Source of the DNA: Paraspadella gotoi
Lineage: Eukaryota > Animalia > Chaetognatha
Length of the DNA stretch: 64,000 nucleotides
Reading direction: 5' to 3'
NCBI GenBank assembly: GCA_051294375.1
Contig: CM119263.1
Coordinates: 12,751,723-12,815,722, forward strand
Shown here: positions 40,290 through 53,719 of the stretch, piece by piece
Position numbering within the stretch: position 1 is the first letter of the stretch
Layout: each line of letters opens with the position of its first letter
The notes under the pieces: model-generated
Databases searched by the model: none
What the model was told of the DNA's origin: nothing
Seen by the model: only the letters and a program-made list of their open reading frames with translations
Position numbers and translations under genes: made by a program

Positions 40290-41799
40290 GTCTTATTCTT
40301 CTATTCATTTCTATCAATTTCATTCTTTTATTATCACTCAGCTAAATTTTAACTACCTTTTTAAAGACAAAATCATTCTAAAATAAAAAAAAAACTTTGT
40401 CTGTTTTTTACGTGAATGAATGGAAATTTACAAACGACTAACTATTTACAAATATTTTTATTAAATTCCTCCGTGTTGGTAACTTCAGTGGTAAGTAGCG
40501 TTCGATACATAATTTTTTAATGTCTCTTGGGAAGAAAATACCGCGATGTCCAAATAATATTTAGCAAAATCGGTTGAATATCCATAAAATTACTTCTAAA
40601 TTTATATTTATAATAATGGTTGGAACTTAGTATAATGTATAATGTATAATGTAATATTCACATTAAGCAGCGGCCGTAACATGCAAGACGTGGGCGGCTA
40701 GCAGCCATAATACAGAAATTTCGCATTTTTTCAACCGGCTTTTGCGTAGACAGTGGCGATCTACGGCTCTGTAATTTTCTCGCACAGGCTTGTCACTTGG
40801 GAGAAGAATAAATTGCGAGTTCCAACTCTTTTTTTTGAGAGCAACTACTTAAATGAGGAAATTCAGTCAGAAAGCAAGAGAATATGGAAAGGCTCCGATC
40901 GTTTCGCCTTTGAACGACGAACGCTTGGATTTTTATAATCAAGAGAAGAATATGTCATTATATTAAAGCAAAATGGGGAAACAAGTAGTTTTGCAATTTT
41001 CTTACATTAAATAAAATATTTCTTTCCTAAGTAGGACAGACTTCATAATGTACTAACAAAAAGCTACTCAAATCTTAGTTTTTGAAATATTTAAGAATAA
41101 TATTGCATCTAAAGTTTTGTCGCATACCGATATTAATTTAATCATTAAATGCAGTTAAATAATTGCAAAAAACCCATTACACATTGCATATTCCTCGTCA
41201 GCAATGGCAGATGTTATAGCTAAAGAATAGAAACATCGAGGACTCGTATACCAAACAATTTATCTACTTGACATGGCTGGTACATTCGTGCAATAGCAAT
41301 GACACAACCCCCACAAAAAAACATGAATTCACAGTTCGCAGACTGGAACGGTTTAATGAAGTGAAATTTCGAGAAGGGAAAACCCATATAAGCTGAAATG
41401 TTTTCCGCTTAATGGTAAAAGCAAGTCGGGAACGGAATGACACCCGCGAAGTTAATCCCGCAGACGGGGCGAAAGAAAAGACCTCAAGACCGATTTTTTT
41501 TCCGTTCAATAAAACTCATGTCGCGTCGCTCGGGATCAACTGTTTGGAAACAAAGTCGTGCTCGGTACAAAGATTGTTAAACTGTCAGCAATAGGGCTGA
41601 TAATAGTATATGAGTATTCTGTCAACGGTTTTGTCATACCGACAGTCGTCCCTTTTTTGCCGGGTGAGATGAGAGGAAGACCAAAGAAAAGTAACAATAG
41701 AAAAAAAAAAACACCTGCAAAATCTCATTTCATGTGCGTGGGATTATTGGATGTTTTCCCCACGCTTGAATCAGAATGAAAAGAGTTGGAGTCTGATTG

Positions 41800-41839
<40 letters not shown>

Positions 41840-44740
41840 CGAAAATCGCTGACTACTTTGCTCCCACTCGGTCTTTCAGTGCTTTGATGACTTCTCCCAC
41901 CCACTCGCTTGGACCCAATTTTAACGCCCATGGGCGACTGACTCTGTTCAACTACTTTGGAGTTTGGAGGCGATTCCGTTGATTTGGCCCTTTAGTCTTT
42001 ATCACAATTTGCACAGAAAACGATGTCTGTTTTCTGTCACTGCATCTGAGGCTGTTTACTCCGAGATGCTGCGAATACTACATGTTCTTTTTTCTTTATC
42101 ACGTGGTCTGTTCTCACACGATTTTCTTTTTACGAGATTCTTTCTCTCCATTTTCGCCCCGGTTACGATCTTTCCCAAGAACGTCCTGTTCGCTCGTCGC
42201 TTCCAACGGATCTTAAATCGCGACTTTCGAACGCAATTTCCGGTTTATGGCTTCCCTCGCGTCGGCAACGCCCAGGCGAAAACAACATCGGAAGCGGAGG
42301 GATTCGGCGTTGTTTTGTTGAGACCCGGAAAGAAGGCGGCGTCGGCGCGGCGTTGGCGGCGACGGTGCCGGTGGGACGGTCTTTGACGTCATTGAGAGGC
42401 AGCGGCGTGGTACAGGTGGGAACAACATAACCGATTTGTCTCTCTCTCTCTCTCTCTCTCTTTCTCTCCCTCTCTCTTTTCATTTTCTTTTTCGGCGCGG
42501 CTTTCCTCCTAGTGAAATACTTTTTTCTTGCAGTCTTTGGACCTGGCAGGGAAAACTACATCAAACAAGTACCATTATTATTTTTTTGTTGTATTTATAT
42601 TCTATTTCATTTGATTGATATTAATATTGTATTATTATCAAAAATTCTAAAATCAAGTACATTATTTTTTGTTTGTTTGCAAATGTAAATTACTTTTGTG
42701 AAGCTAATTGTTATTACCTTTATCCTCTTATACACTCTCAGTCTCAGTAACATCTTCCTTTTTTTCTTTCTTTCTTTCCCATTTTACTCTCTGTTTCCTT
42801 ACCTAGCTCTTGCCCCCTACCCCTTCCTGAGCCTCCTCCATCTTTGTCTTTCTCCCCTGATTGTTATTGATGACTTCCGGTCGGAGTTCCTTCGGTGATA
42901 AATGAAATTGCCTTCGTGATGCCTCCTGCACGGAACCTGAAGGTACCTTATGGTGCATTACAGCACTTGGAGAAAATCGGAGTGACCTTCATTCTGGGGA
43001 AAAGATGAAAGTATAGCAACAGCCGGGTTGTCAGTCATGCCCATTGGGGGTCTTCCGACCCTCAGTGACGCATCCTGTCACAGCCTCGGTTACGCAGAGG
43101 GAAGTCGTTAGGACTGTGGATGGAACACAACGCCTGGGATGGTGTCTTCCCTTTCTGAGCCAATGGATTTGGCTGAACGACGGTGGACGTGAGGCGGAGT
43201 GAATATACCGCCACAAAAGGTCTTTAATACACTTATTCGATTTAGAATGTTTGAATTTTTTTGAATAAAGATTTTCTAATGCGTTAGACGTTTAAAACGT
43301 TTAAGACTTTGAAATGGGCTCTTTAAAAAACCTCAAAAGCTCATGTAAAATTGCCATGTTTGTGAAAACTACCAAACCGAATGTTTGTTTGTAATTTGAG
43401 TCCCGAATGTTTCGGAACGTCGCGGCGTAGAATATTTTTGAAAAAAAAGGGCGCGACGCTGTTTGAAGGGAAGCGTCACTACCCGATGGGGGAGTCTGAT
43501 TGAAAAGCGTCATTCGCTCGGAACCAAGACCGCTTCCGTTGCTTCCGCCGCCGCAGCCGCCGACGCCGCCGCTGCGATAGTCGCCATTGTGCCGATGTTT
43601 GCATGGCTCTTTCCTCGCTGGGAGTTAATATCGACTAGTTTCCCCATCGTCGATCGTGAAGACGATAATTCTGACTCTGGTAACGGTGATGGTGACAGAC
43701 GTTTATAATCGAGATTATTACAAGCGACTTAAAGTGCTAAGAGTAAAAAACTTCATACAGTATCCCTACTACCTTTTTGTTTAATCTGCCACAATAAGTT
43801 TTTTAGTAAAAGAGTTGTATTTTATTTTTGTTCCGCGTTTTTAACATCGACTTGACTGCAACTTGACAGTCAACAACAATAAACCAACGATTTTGATGAC
43901 AATGAAAGACTGTGAACGAAAACGAGGGAGAAAATAACAGAGCCGGCCGAGCGAGCCCCGATCCACATTTAAATCCCATGGGTGCTGATGCGAAAAGATG
44001 TCGGATCATATCCCCGAAAAATGGAAACAGCGTTTTCATCCCTCTTCAAATGACGGGCTTGCTGGGGGATTGCAAAATACAAAACACTGTCTCTTGCAAA
44101 AATAGAGTCACTCGGAATTGTTCAGATCGTCTTGGGACCTGCTCAAAATTTATTTACTTAATTAGGTAAACATATCGAAATTCGCAATATAGAGCATTAC
44201 TTAAAAACAGTCTGGTGACGGCATGGCATGGCAAGAATACATGGCGATAGATGCTGAGGCGTTGCGGTTTTTTGGTTTTTTTTTTTATATATTTTTTTAA
44301 ATATTCTTTTCTTTTTTGCCTAGTCATTCAAGTATTGCGTGCTCTTGGATTGTTAAGCTAAGAAATTTGATGTCGTGACGTCCGTTATTATTTTTTTTTA
44401 GGTTCTGTTTATACGTACAAATTTTCAGACCTTCTCGCCAGTTATGCTCATTTTTTAAATTTGATATAAAAATCAAGTTCTTCTTAATAAAAATGATAAA
44501 ACAATTAAAAAGGTTAATTTTAAAAAAACCCAGGGTCTTATTGAGATGAATCGCGAGTATTCGCTCAAAAAAAAAAAAACCAAAACAAAAATCAAAAAAA
44601 CCAAAAACAAATAAACAAACCCGACTCTATAATTCATTTGTCGGTCCGTCGGTCCGCCCACCTCAATCTTGTCGGGCATTCATTTATATCATGTCAGAAC
44701 ATCGAATTATGATAAATTATGCAAAAAAAACTATGTCCGT

Positions 44741-45135
44741 TCTTGACTGACTTTGAAAGGCATTCGTCCAACGAGGGACTACTCAACTCTCAAAAGCTGT
44801 CTAGATGGTAGAGCAGTTGAGCAGCTCTTGGCACTTGAAGAGGTGCAGCCAAATATGGGTTGTTTAATTAGGGTGGGCGAAGATAGAGGAAGAGAGGAGC
44901 AAAGTCAAGGAGGTATGCGGAAGGGAGGATGGAATGTGGGAAGGATGAGGAAGAGGGGGAAGGTGACCAGGTCGGCTGGGCCCTGACCCCTCCGTTACTC
45001 AAGAAAACAGATCGGGATTCCGCCTTTCAGTTTTCCTTCTCCTGTATCGCTTGAGGCTCCCGTCTCTTTTCGCCAATCCAGAAAGAGCATCGTTCCCGGC
45101 TAGCACAGGCGTGGGAGGTAAGACGTACTGCTAGC
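44741..45135 (-). mobile_element. Putative tRNA-derived SINE with a 12-bp target-site duplication
   Basis: AACTATGTCCGT at 44729-44740 and 45136-45147. Minus-strand head CTTACCTCCCACGC...GCCGGGAACGATGC resembles tRNA-Gly; tail AGTCAGTC. Confidence 0.6.
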
Positions 45136-45137
45136 AA

Positions 45138-45820
45138 CTATGTCCGTCCGTCCGTCCGTCCGTCCGATCGTCCGTCCGTCCGTCCGTCCGTCCGTCCGAC
45201 CGTCCCACCTGAGCAAAAAACACCAATTACTCGTGATTGGATGGATGGATTGAAATGAAATTTTGTGTGTGGGTAGGGAAGTGTGTGATTGAGCTGGATA
45301 AGAAGTTTTGATGGAATCGTCCGAGTGGAAATAAGTTTAAGTGGAAAAAACAAAAAAATATATTTCACTATTTGAACACCAATTACTCATGAGTGGATGG
45401 GCCGATTGACTTGAAATTTTGTATTTGGGTAGAAATGTGTCTGATTAAACTGGAAATCAAGTTATGATGGAATCATTTGATTGGAAATGAATTTAAATAG
45501 AAAAAACAAAGAACCTGTTTCACGATTGATTATGCTTCTTTTTCTTTTTATTTTAAATGTAAATGCAAGATGTATTAAATAATCAAATAGTTAATCAGTT
45601 AATTAATCAATAAGTCAATTAATTAATCAATAATTAATTAATCAGTAATTAATCAAGCCCAAAACAAACATGTTGGATCAAATTAATTAATTAATTAAAT
45701 AATTACCTTGAAAAAATTAATTATTAATTAATTAAATAATTAATTAACATGGATTAATTATTAATTAATTACCGATAATAATCGTGGGCAGATCCGACAT
45801 TGTTTGTTCAAACTTGTTTG
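45138..45820. mobile_element. Non-autonomous Helitron/Helentron (HINE/DINE)-like element: (GTCC)n followed by two diverged tandem units about 156 bp apart
   Basis: (GTCC)n at 45142-45205. Units begin CACCAATTACTC at 45221 and 45377 and contain GATTGA..TGAAATTTTGT. Class assignment is by resemblance. Confidence 0.5.
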
Positions 45821-46887
45821 AGTACAATTAAGTAGCTCTAGGCCTCCTTAATTCTACTGTCTCGAAATTTTCGAAAAAAATTTATCTTCCGTTGGAAAAA
45901 CTCGTCATTTTTTCTGACGGTCTTTTTCCCTCGTTCTCTTTTTTTTTGTACTCTTCTTTCTTCTCCTCCTCTTCTTCCTCCTCCGTCTTATTCGGTTCTT
46001 CCATCTCCTCTCGTCTTCCTCCACTCTTTCCTTTCCTTTTTCGCATCAGGCTTTCGATTCGACAAAACCACGGCTTCTCCTTTATGGAACCTTTTCTTCG
46101 AAGTGGAAATTTAATGATTGTCAGCATAATTCAATCTTTATTAAAATATTGGAGTCATATGCTATTGTAAGGTTTACCTATGTAGGTTATGAAATAATAA
46201 AGGGATCTCGGTTTTATATTATTTTTTTTTATTTTGTCACCGTGAACTAATGTCTTAGTTTTGCTTTATTTTTTATTTTTATTAACTTTCGTAGAATAGA
46301 CCTTTGTTTCGAGTTTTCGCAGCGAAGGTTTGAAATATAAAATAAATGGTTTGTTTAGAAAACTTTTGAATTCGAAAAGAATGAAATCGTAGGTTTTATT
46401 TGCAAAACAAAACAAAAAGTTTATGGCTTTTCTTTTCAATCCAAATATCGCTGTTAAGTTATTAATTATTTAGATTCCTTTAAAGCATCCGTAAAGTTTG
46501 GAAACTAAAAAATAAAATCCATTGCCGACGCTGACTAAGTGCTGGGGCATAAGCCTGCAGATTCTTAACTATTTAACTGGCTAAGCCATGCTTAGTCTAA
46601 ATTAAAAAGTATTTCGAGTAATGTATGAAAATAGATAAATGGCAAAAGATCAAAATATTTTCTAAAAAAAATTTAAATTTTTAATTGAATTATTTTAGCG
46701 GTGTCAGTTCCCAATCATATCGTTATCATAGTTTGAACTTGTCTTTTTCAGTTTAACGATATAGCATTGTCCCAATGCGGTTTTATGAAAATATTTGTCT
46801 CTTCCTTAGCGACAACCATATGAATTAACGATCTTCTATTGAAACAGCTTCTCCTTATTTAAATATCACGTCACATGGTTACTTAAA

Positions 46888-49800
46888 ATGGCACTGTTGA
46901 CTTCGACGTTTCATCCCCTGACATCTGTGGCACAACAGTTTCTTATTGAGTCGGCGCCATCGACCGGCGTCGTCTACGATCCTCCACCAGGCGGCGCCGG
47001 ATTTTACGCCGGCACCGCCGCAAACCTTTCGGCGACGATAAGATCTTTGGAAGCGTTGGCGTCTTCTTCTTTGTCATCGGCGTCGGCGGAGCCTCGAGCG
47101 GGTCCTCGAGCTTCGACGAAACTTTTGAGTTTGTTCGCCGGTGGTTCCAAGTGGAATTCAACGAAAAACGAAACAACAGTCGCTTTGGGTAAGATATTTA
47201 TGTCAAGCCTAAATTCACATATCGAACGCCACGCTGTACAGAGAAATAATTTGGTAATTCAATTACTTGTAACCCTTTTGCTAATATCCGATTCGTTGCT
47301 TTCGCCATCCACTACACTACAGACTTAGCGGTCAATAGGGGGGTGCCCGCAGCGGCTGCAGTTTCTACTGGCGTTTCCGATCTCCTAAATGATGTAATCT
47401 CCACCAATCAACTTCCGGCCGAATCCGAATCTGGAAAGCTTCTCTTCTTGGCTTGGCTACTTGTCTCTATGCTGCTCACTCTCTCCGGTAAATCAATTGA
47501 AAAACAGGAAATACAACCATTGAAAAATTTTTCTAAAAAAAATTTAATTAATCTTTAATTTAGAAAGAAGAAAAAATTAAATCGTTTAGCTTTTTTGCGT
47601 CACTTTGCACGGTGTCTAACCCATTTTTAAGATTTTTAACTTTACATAATTTAATAAATCTGAATCTTATTTTTTTTTTTAAAACAAAATGATGGTTCCT
47701 ATTACAAGTGGTCAAAGTAAATAAAGCTTTATTAATCATATATTTTAGGCAACATTTTAGTGATCGTCGTGATCGTGTATAACTCGGACATTCACGATGC
47801 CTATTACTACTTTGTGGCCGCTTACGCAATCAGCGATATTCTCACTGCCTTCGCTTACTCACCAGGGTAAGAAAAACAATAATGAGTACAAATTACATTT
47901 TTCTGGTTTTAAGAATCATATACCTGGGACGGTACTTGCTAATCGAGCAGTGTTAGCGACTTAAAATTAGTATTTTTACAAAACTTGATACTTACCTTAA
48001 GGGCGATATTTATAATGGCAGAAGAGGACTTTGCAGTTTCTCAGTTGTGGTGCAAAACTCAAGCGGCAGCTCTTTCATTTTCTTGCCTGACCTCCCTGCA
48101 CATTCTCGGCGCCATCTCTGTGGAAAGGTATGCATGCCCTTTTTTATGCGGTCGTTTAGTTATCATGTTTTTTTAATTGCCGAGCTTTCCATTACCTGTG
48201 ATTTTTACTTTGCAGATTTTTCCGCTTAATAGTTGTTTTATCTTTCAGATACATTTTTTTTTGTCATCCTTTTCCATATCAAAAGATATTCTCTGCCTGC
48301 CACTCGTTCTCAATTATAGGTAAATTGTGAAATTATATTATTCTTTATATCACTCCAATTAGTTTATCGGACAATTCAATTGCCTAAACGTTTTTCTGTT
48401 TTCCAAAATCAGTTTTTTTTACTGTAAAAACATTCTTTTATGCAGATTCTTGTGGGTCCAAACGATTTTCGAACGTGAAACGAATCCTTTTCATTCTATT
48501 ACAATGTTAAAAGTTGATTTGCAGGCAAACAATTTTTATCTTTTTATCAAATATAGGATTCATATGGATATTTGCTCTTCTCGTCTCTTTAGCGTCGATA
48601 TATACATTCGAAGTTATGCCCTACACGGACGGCCTCTACTGCTACTTCCAGAATCACTACATTTTGGGTAATTATAATATATTGACAACAACGAAATCAC
48701 CATGTGCATAGAAAAAAGTAAAATTTGAATTTATCTTATGAAACATGAAAATAAATAATATTAATATTTGGTATGTAATATAATAATAAAATTGCTAAAC
48801 TTTGAATCCAAATTTATTCTTCACACTCATGTGCATTTTCCAATATGAGAAGACAGTTTATCGTACGCCTGTACCAGAATAATATACACTGTACAGTGTA
48901 CATTGTATGGACATTCTCAGACAATCATACTTCATACAAACATCGGCTTCTCTCCGGTTTATTTTTCACAGAGCAAGCGGTTTATATGCCTTTGTACCTG
49001 ATCCCCACTGCTCTGTCGACAATAGTGGGCATGAAGAAAATTTTCTCTCTCATCATAAAACACAAAAGGGAGATTCGGTCGTTGTCTCTCAATCCCAACG
49101 GTCAAAACCGAAATTCCAGTTTCTACAGCGAAGATTTTCAGGTGGCGTCTCAGGACTGGAATTTATACCTGTTTTTTTTTTTTAGTTAAAAAAATATATT
49201 TATTAAATGAATGGATAATTCATATAATGGTGGTACCAATTTCATAATGATAGTGCAGTGTGATTTTTCGGACGTTGATGCGAAATTTAAATGATGAGGT
49301 ACTTAAAGCGAGATTACTTGATAAACTTACAACCTCGGCTAAACCCCCCCCCCAAATGTCCCAAAAAGAGCTCTTTAAACATCAACCATTTAAACATTGA
49401 TTATTGATTAACTCAATCGGGTTTCCCTCCCCCAGGTTAATCTGAAGGCATTTCGAACGGCTTTTCTTCTCGTGGGAATATTTTGGGTGACGTGGTTTCC
49501 TTGGGCCGTCAATCACATTCGTCTTCGCATCATAGAGTCGATCACCATGACAACGCAGCACAACGACATCGTTTCCATCAACTGTGATCCAACTGGAAGA
49601 CGAGGTATGTCTGAAATTTTTTTCTGAATATTTTGGGTTTAGAAAATACTCTAAGAATTAAAAACGTTAAATGTTTTCGTCAAATGGACTCGTTCGTTTT
49701 GCCCACCTCAGATTCTCAGGCCTGTCCAACTAAAAAAAGCGACTATGATATGAGTGTCAGATTGATGACTCTTCTCATTCTTACTGTCGCGACTTCGCTC

Positions 49801-50130
49801 AATCCCATCATTCACTACTGCAATAATAGGTGACGATAATTGACTGAAGCTGAACATAAACGTTTCATCAATCGTATTTGCGATAATATATCAGGATAAA
49901 ATTTTATAAACGCTCGTGCAAATAAAATGCGACAAGTAGTAGAATATTGCTCGTGGTTAAGTTTTAAACTAGCCTGTTTTTTTCACAGTTTGTTTCGGAA
50001 CGCTTTCAAACGATTTTGCATTCAAATTTGCTGGAAGGAATACAACGAATCAAACGAAGCAGCGGAAAATTCGGTGACCGTCTCGGTATCAATGCGTCCG
50101 CGGATTAATCAAGACGCCGTTTTCGTTTGA
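46888..50130 (+). CDS. Class A (rhodopsin-like) orphan GPCR, 10 exons (46888-47188, 47329-47487, 47749-47866, 48002-48127, 48249-48319, 48557-48667, 48972-49141, 49436-49604, 49712-49829, 49989-50130)
   Basis: All junctions are GT-AG and in phase. TM1 GNILVI, TM2 AISD, TM3 WC...ISVERYIFFCHPF, TM4 W, TM6 FWVTWFPW, TM7 LNPIIHY, helix 8 FRNAFKR. Confidence 0.9.
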
Positions 50131-53103
50131 AGGGTCCCCCTCATGCATTCTTCCCCCAACACTTTTTCTCTCTTGAACTCTCACTTTCTTTCCCTCTATT
50201 GATTTTTCACCTTAATCTCTCAGTACCTCAACCCCTAGGTGACGTTTCTTCTATTAAAAACTAACAAATTGCGGTTGCTTTATTTTTTTTAACTTTTACA
50301 ATTGTTTTCAAAATCATTATGCCATCTCACTAATGTATCGCTTTATTAATTTTTTTTTTTTGAAAAATATTTTTAAAACCGATTTTAGTAATGATGAATC
50401 CATATTATTAGAAAAGGTTCTAATTATTTAAGAACTGTCAAAAACACTGGTTGATTTTATTTTCTTAACATTCATTATGTTATACTAAATGCCCAATGAT
50501 GTGTATCTATGTTAATCTTTTTTATTTGTCCTTGAAACTCCCGTCATTTGTGATATGTGATAAGCTTATCTAAGAATAGAATTAAATGGCTCACGTTTTT
50601 ATGATAGTTATAATAGTGGCAGAATAGATCTATAAAAATTAATACTTTAGTCAATATTATCTTGATAAAAATATTTTGACACTTAAAACAATTATGAATG
50701 AATAACAAGGAGGGTTTGTAGTTTTCCTCTTTTCCAGGTAAAAGCGATGATAGTCGTCATAAACTGTCACAAAACAAAAACTTCACTGTCCCCTTCATGC
50801 AACAGTGACCAAGCACTTGATCCGTAAAACTATGTTGCTGTTTTGTTTTCGCTTCGAGGAAGGGAAGATCCCATCTCTCGAATTCCGTAAGAAATCTTTT
50901 GAAGACAAAATAACAAAATTCAGTTACGTATGACTGCTATTTATGTTTATTTTTGCTACGATATCAGAAATCTTAAGATTAACCCTAATAACCATACCAT
51001 AATAAACCACACTTAGGTTCTTTAGTTTCAATTGAATAATATTTTAGAATAATAATTTAGAAACACGTTCAAGTTGCCTTAGTTTTTCACAGATTCTGTT
51101 CACTTTGAACCATCTGGTTCGCGATCGATTTTTCGTATATAAAATTCGTGTCTTCCTGACTGGTCAAAGCATCTAACGATCCGCCCGAGGCGAAAATAAT
51201 TTTGTCTCGGTCTAAATTTCTTGCGTCTTCACCGCCGCACCGCCCCCCGTCCTAGAGAATTTTCTGGACGGCGGCGGCGACGACGACGAAAACGACGATT
51301 CGCGAATTCAGGTGCAGAAAAGCGCCGAATTTATTTCCCTCATAAAATCGGCCCCCCAAATCTTCGAAGGGAGGGAGAGGACCGTGCAGGTTTTTTCAGC
51401 CTCGAAGACCTCGTCCCATCGGTCTCCGAGCGCCCTCCAGCCTCCCCTTTCCGCCCTCCCCCTCCCCCTAATCCAAAAAAAGAAATCCAAAAGAACGGTG
51501 TCAAAGTCGAGAGAGAAAAAGAAAAGGAAAGAAGAAAATGGGGAGAAAGACTAAATTTTGTGAGCGAAAGAAATTTACTCTTCTCACTCTAGCATCATCT
51601 GTACGTTATTTTCTTTTTATAGTATCCATTGTGGTACTTTGGATTTTTATCTTTAATTTTATTGAATAAAACTTTAAAAAAATTCATCGTAATTTTTTTG
51701 GAAAAAAACTTAGAAAATTCTGTGGGACGAATTAATAAATTTAACTAAATCTGAAACACCGAAAAAACTAACTCAATTTCCCTAAATTCCCAAAATTCCA
51801 TCCGGGTTTAATCCATTTTTGAGATTGTTGTTGAAAAAGTCACACTAATAGTTATATTGTAATATTTTAAATTGGGGTTCAGGTTATTTATGTCCAAATA
51901 TTTTTTAAATCTAAATTACCTTTATTAGTACATCCTTGTTTTATCTTTTTTTGTATGCGAGACATTGACTTGAAGGCAAGGGGCGTCAGAATAAGTCTGA
52001 AAAGGAGGCGAACCCATTTTCTATTTCTTTATTTCATTGTATTCACTGTTTTTCATGACTTCTGTAATAAGACACTTTTTGGTCGGTCAGTCAGGTTTTT
52101 TATCAAAAAATCAAATGTTATTTTACCTTAATTATCAAATAAAGCTGAAAACTGAAAAAACCTAAATATATAAGAGAAAAGCAAGGACCAATAGAGCAGT
52201 AGAGTGTATCTAATCTCCTTCTTTATTTCCGGTCTCTTGGCATATCTTCACTGTCTAAGAATGAATAAACCAGAAGAAAAACACGTTTGTGATAATGTGG
52301 GTCACAGGAAAGGTCAGGAAGACGGTTTTAGAGAGGCTCTGGGGTCGTGAAAAGAGGAGAAATGTGTGAGTGGTTGCGTTAGAAAAGACGAAAGGGAGGT
52401 AAAGCAGGGCGGGAAATGCGGTTAAAGATTGCTTTTGATTTCGGAATCACGGTCACTTCAAATGAATCGGTAAATATCTGGGTGGCCGACCTCTTCGTCA
52501 CAATAAATTCAATTCAGTCAATTTTTATTCGGCAGGTAATGTGCTAATGATTACGGGAAGGGACTCATGATTTGTCAAGCTTCAATATTATTGATTGATA
52601 TTTTGTTAGGATCTAGCATTTGAAAAGTAAACTTGTAGTTATAATTCTCCATTTTGTTTGGAAATTAAGAATTCTTTTAAAAAAGTTGAATTAAAAAAAA
52701 AAAAATAAGAAAATGACTGCTTGAAATCAAGAACTGAACAACAGTGTCAATATCTAGACAATGAAAAGTACAGGGAGGTCCAGCTCTTTTGTGACTAACT
52801 TCAAGTGCTTACAGCAGAAACGCTTAACGATAGCAGAAACGATTATTTATCCATCCAATTTTTTTTAAAATATAGTCCCAAAAGAGCTGGACTTGGATTG
52901 TAGAAAAGAGCTAGAAATAAGCCGCGTGATACAAGGAAAATCGATGAGAGCGTAATGCAAAAAAAAAAAAAAAAGAAAAAGAAAAAAAAAAAAAAGAAAA
53001 AGAAAAAGAAAAAGAAAATGGTAGCAAAGAGAAGGAAAATTAGAAACGACAAAGACGGAGGCGGAACAGACATGAATCCGTTGGGAATAAAGAAACCGAC
53101 AAG

Positions 53104-53111
53104 AGAGAGAG

Positions 53112-53175
<64 letters not shown>

Positions 53176-53176
53176 A
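53104..53176. repeat. (GA)n/(CT)n microsatellite; further tracts at 41803-41837, 53636-53719, 54906-54950, 56508-56588, 56844-56933, 59935-59980, 61114-61207
   Basis: Direct reading. Confidence 0.95.
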
Positions 53177-53634
53177 AAACTCCGGTCGCTAAAGATGACT
53201 TTCAAAGAGTGGATGGTTTATACTACAAAAGTTTTAATTCATAATTATTTAGATTCCAAAAAGAAAAATAAAAGGAAAATTGTCAATCACTAGGACAAAA
53301 AAAAATGTTTTAATAAAAAGGACCAAAAGGTTAAGACAAACGGAGCGAACCAAAAATATTATGGGCAGGTGGGAGAGAAAGGGAAAGACAGAGATAGACA
53401 GACAGAATAGCAGACAAACAGAAAGTAGAAGCTTTTGTAATGTTTTTTTTTTCTCTTGTTTTAGCGTGTGGATGAGTTTTCGGACAGTCGTTTTGCGTTT
53501 ACTATTTCGGGAATTTACAATGATGAAAAAAAATGGAAAAAATATGTAAATATGAGAACATAAAATTTTACACGAAGTAATGTTTAAGGGAATTTTTTTT
53601 TGTTTTACTGCTTCTGTGAAAACCTTAGTCCTAA

Positions 53635-53719
<85 letters not shown>

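Noticed and set aside
42868-42940. C/D box snoRNA (TGATGA...CTGA)
   Set aside because: Imperfect C box, no terminal stem, no recognisable rRNA guide and no evident host intron.
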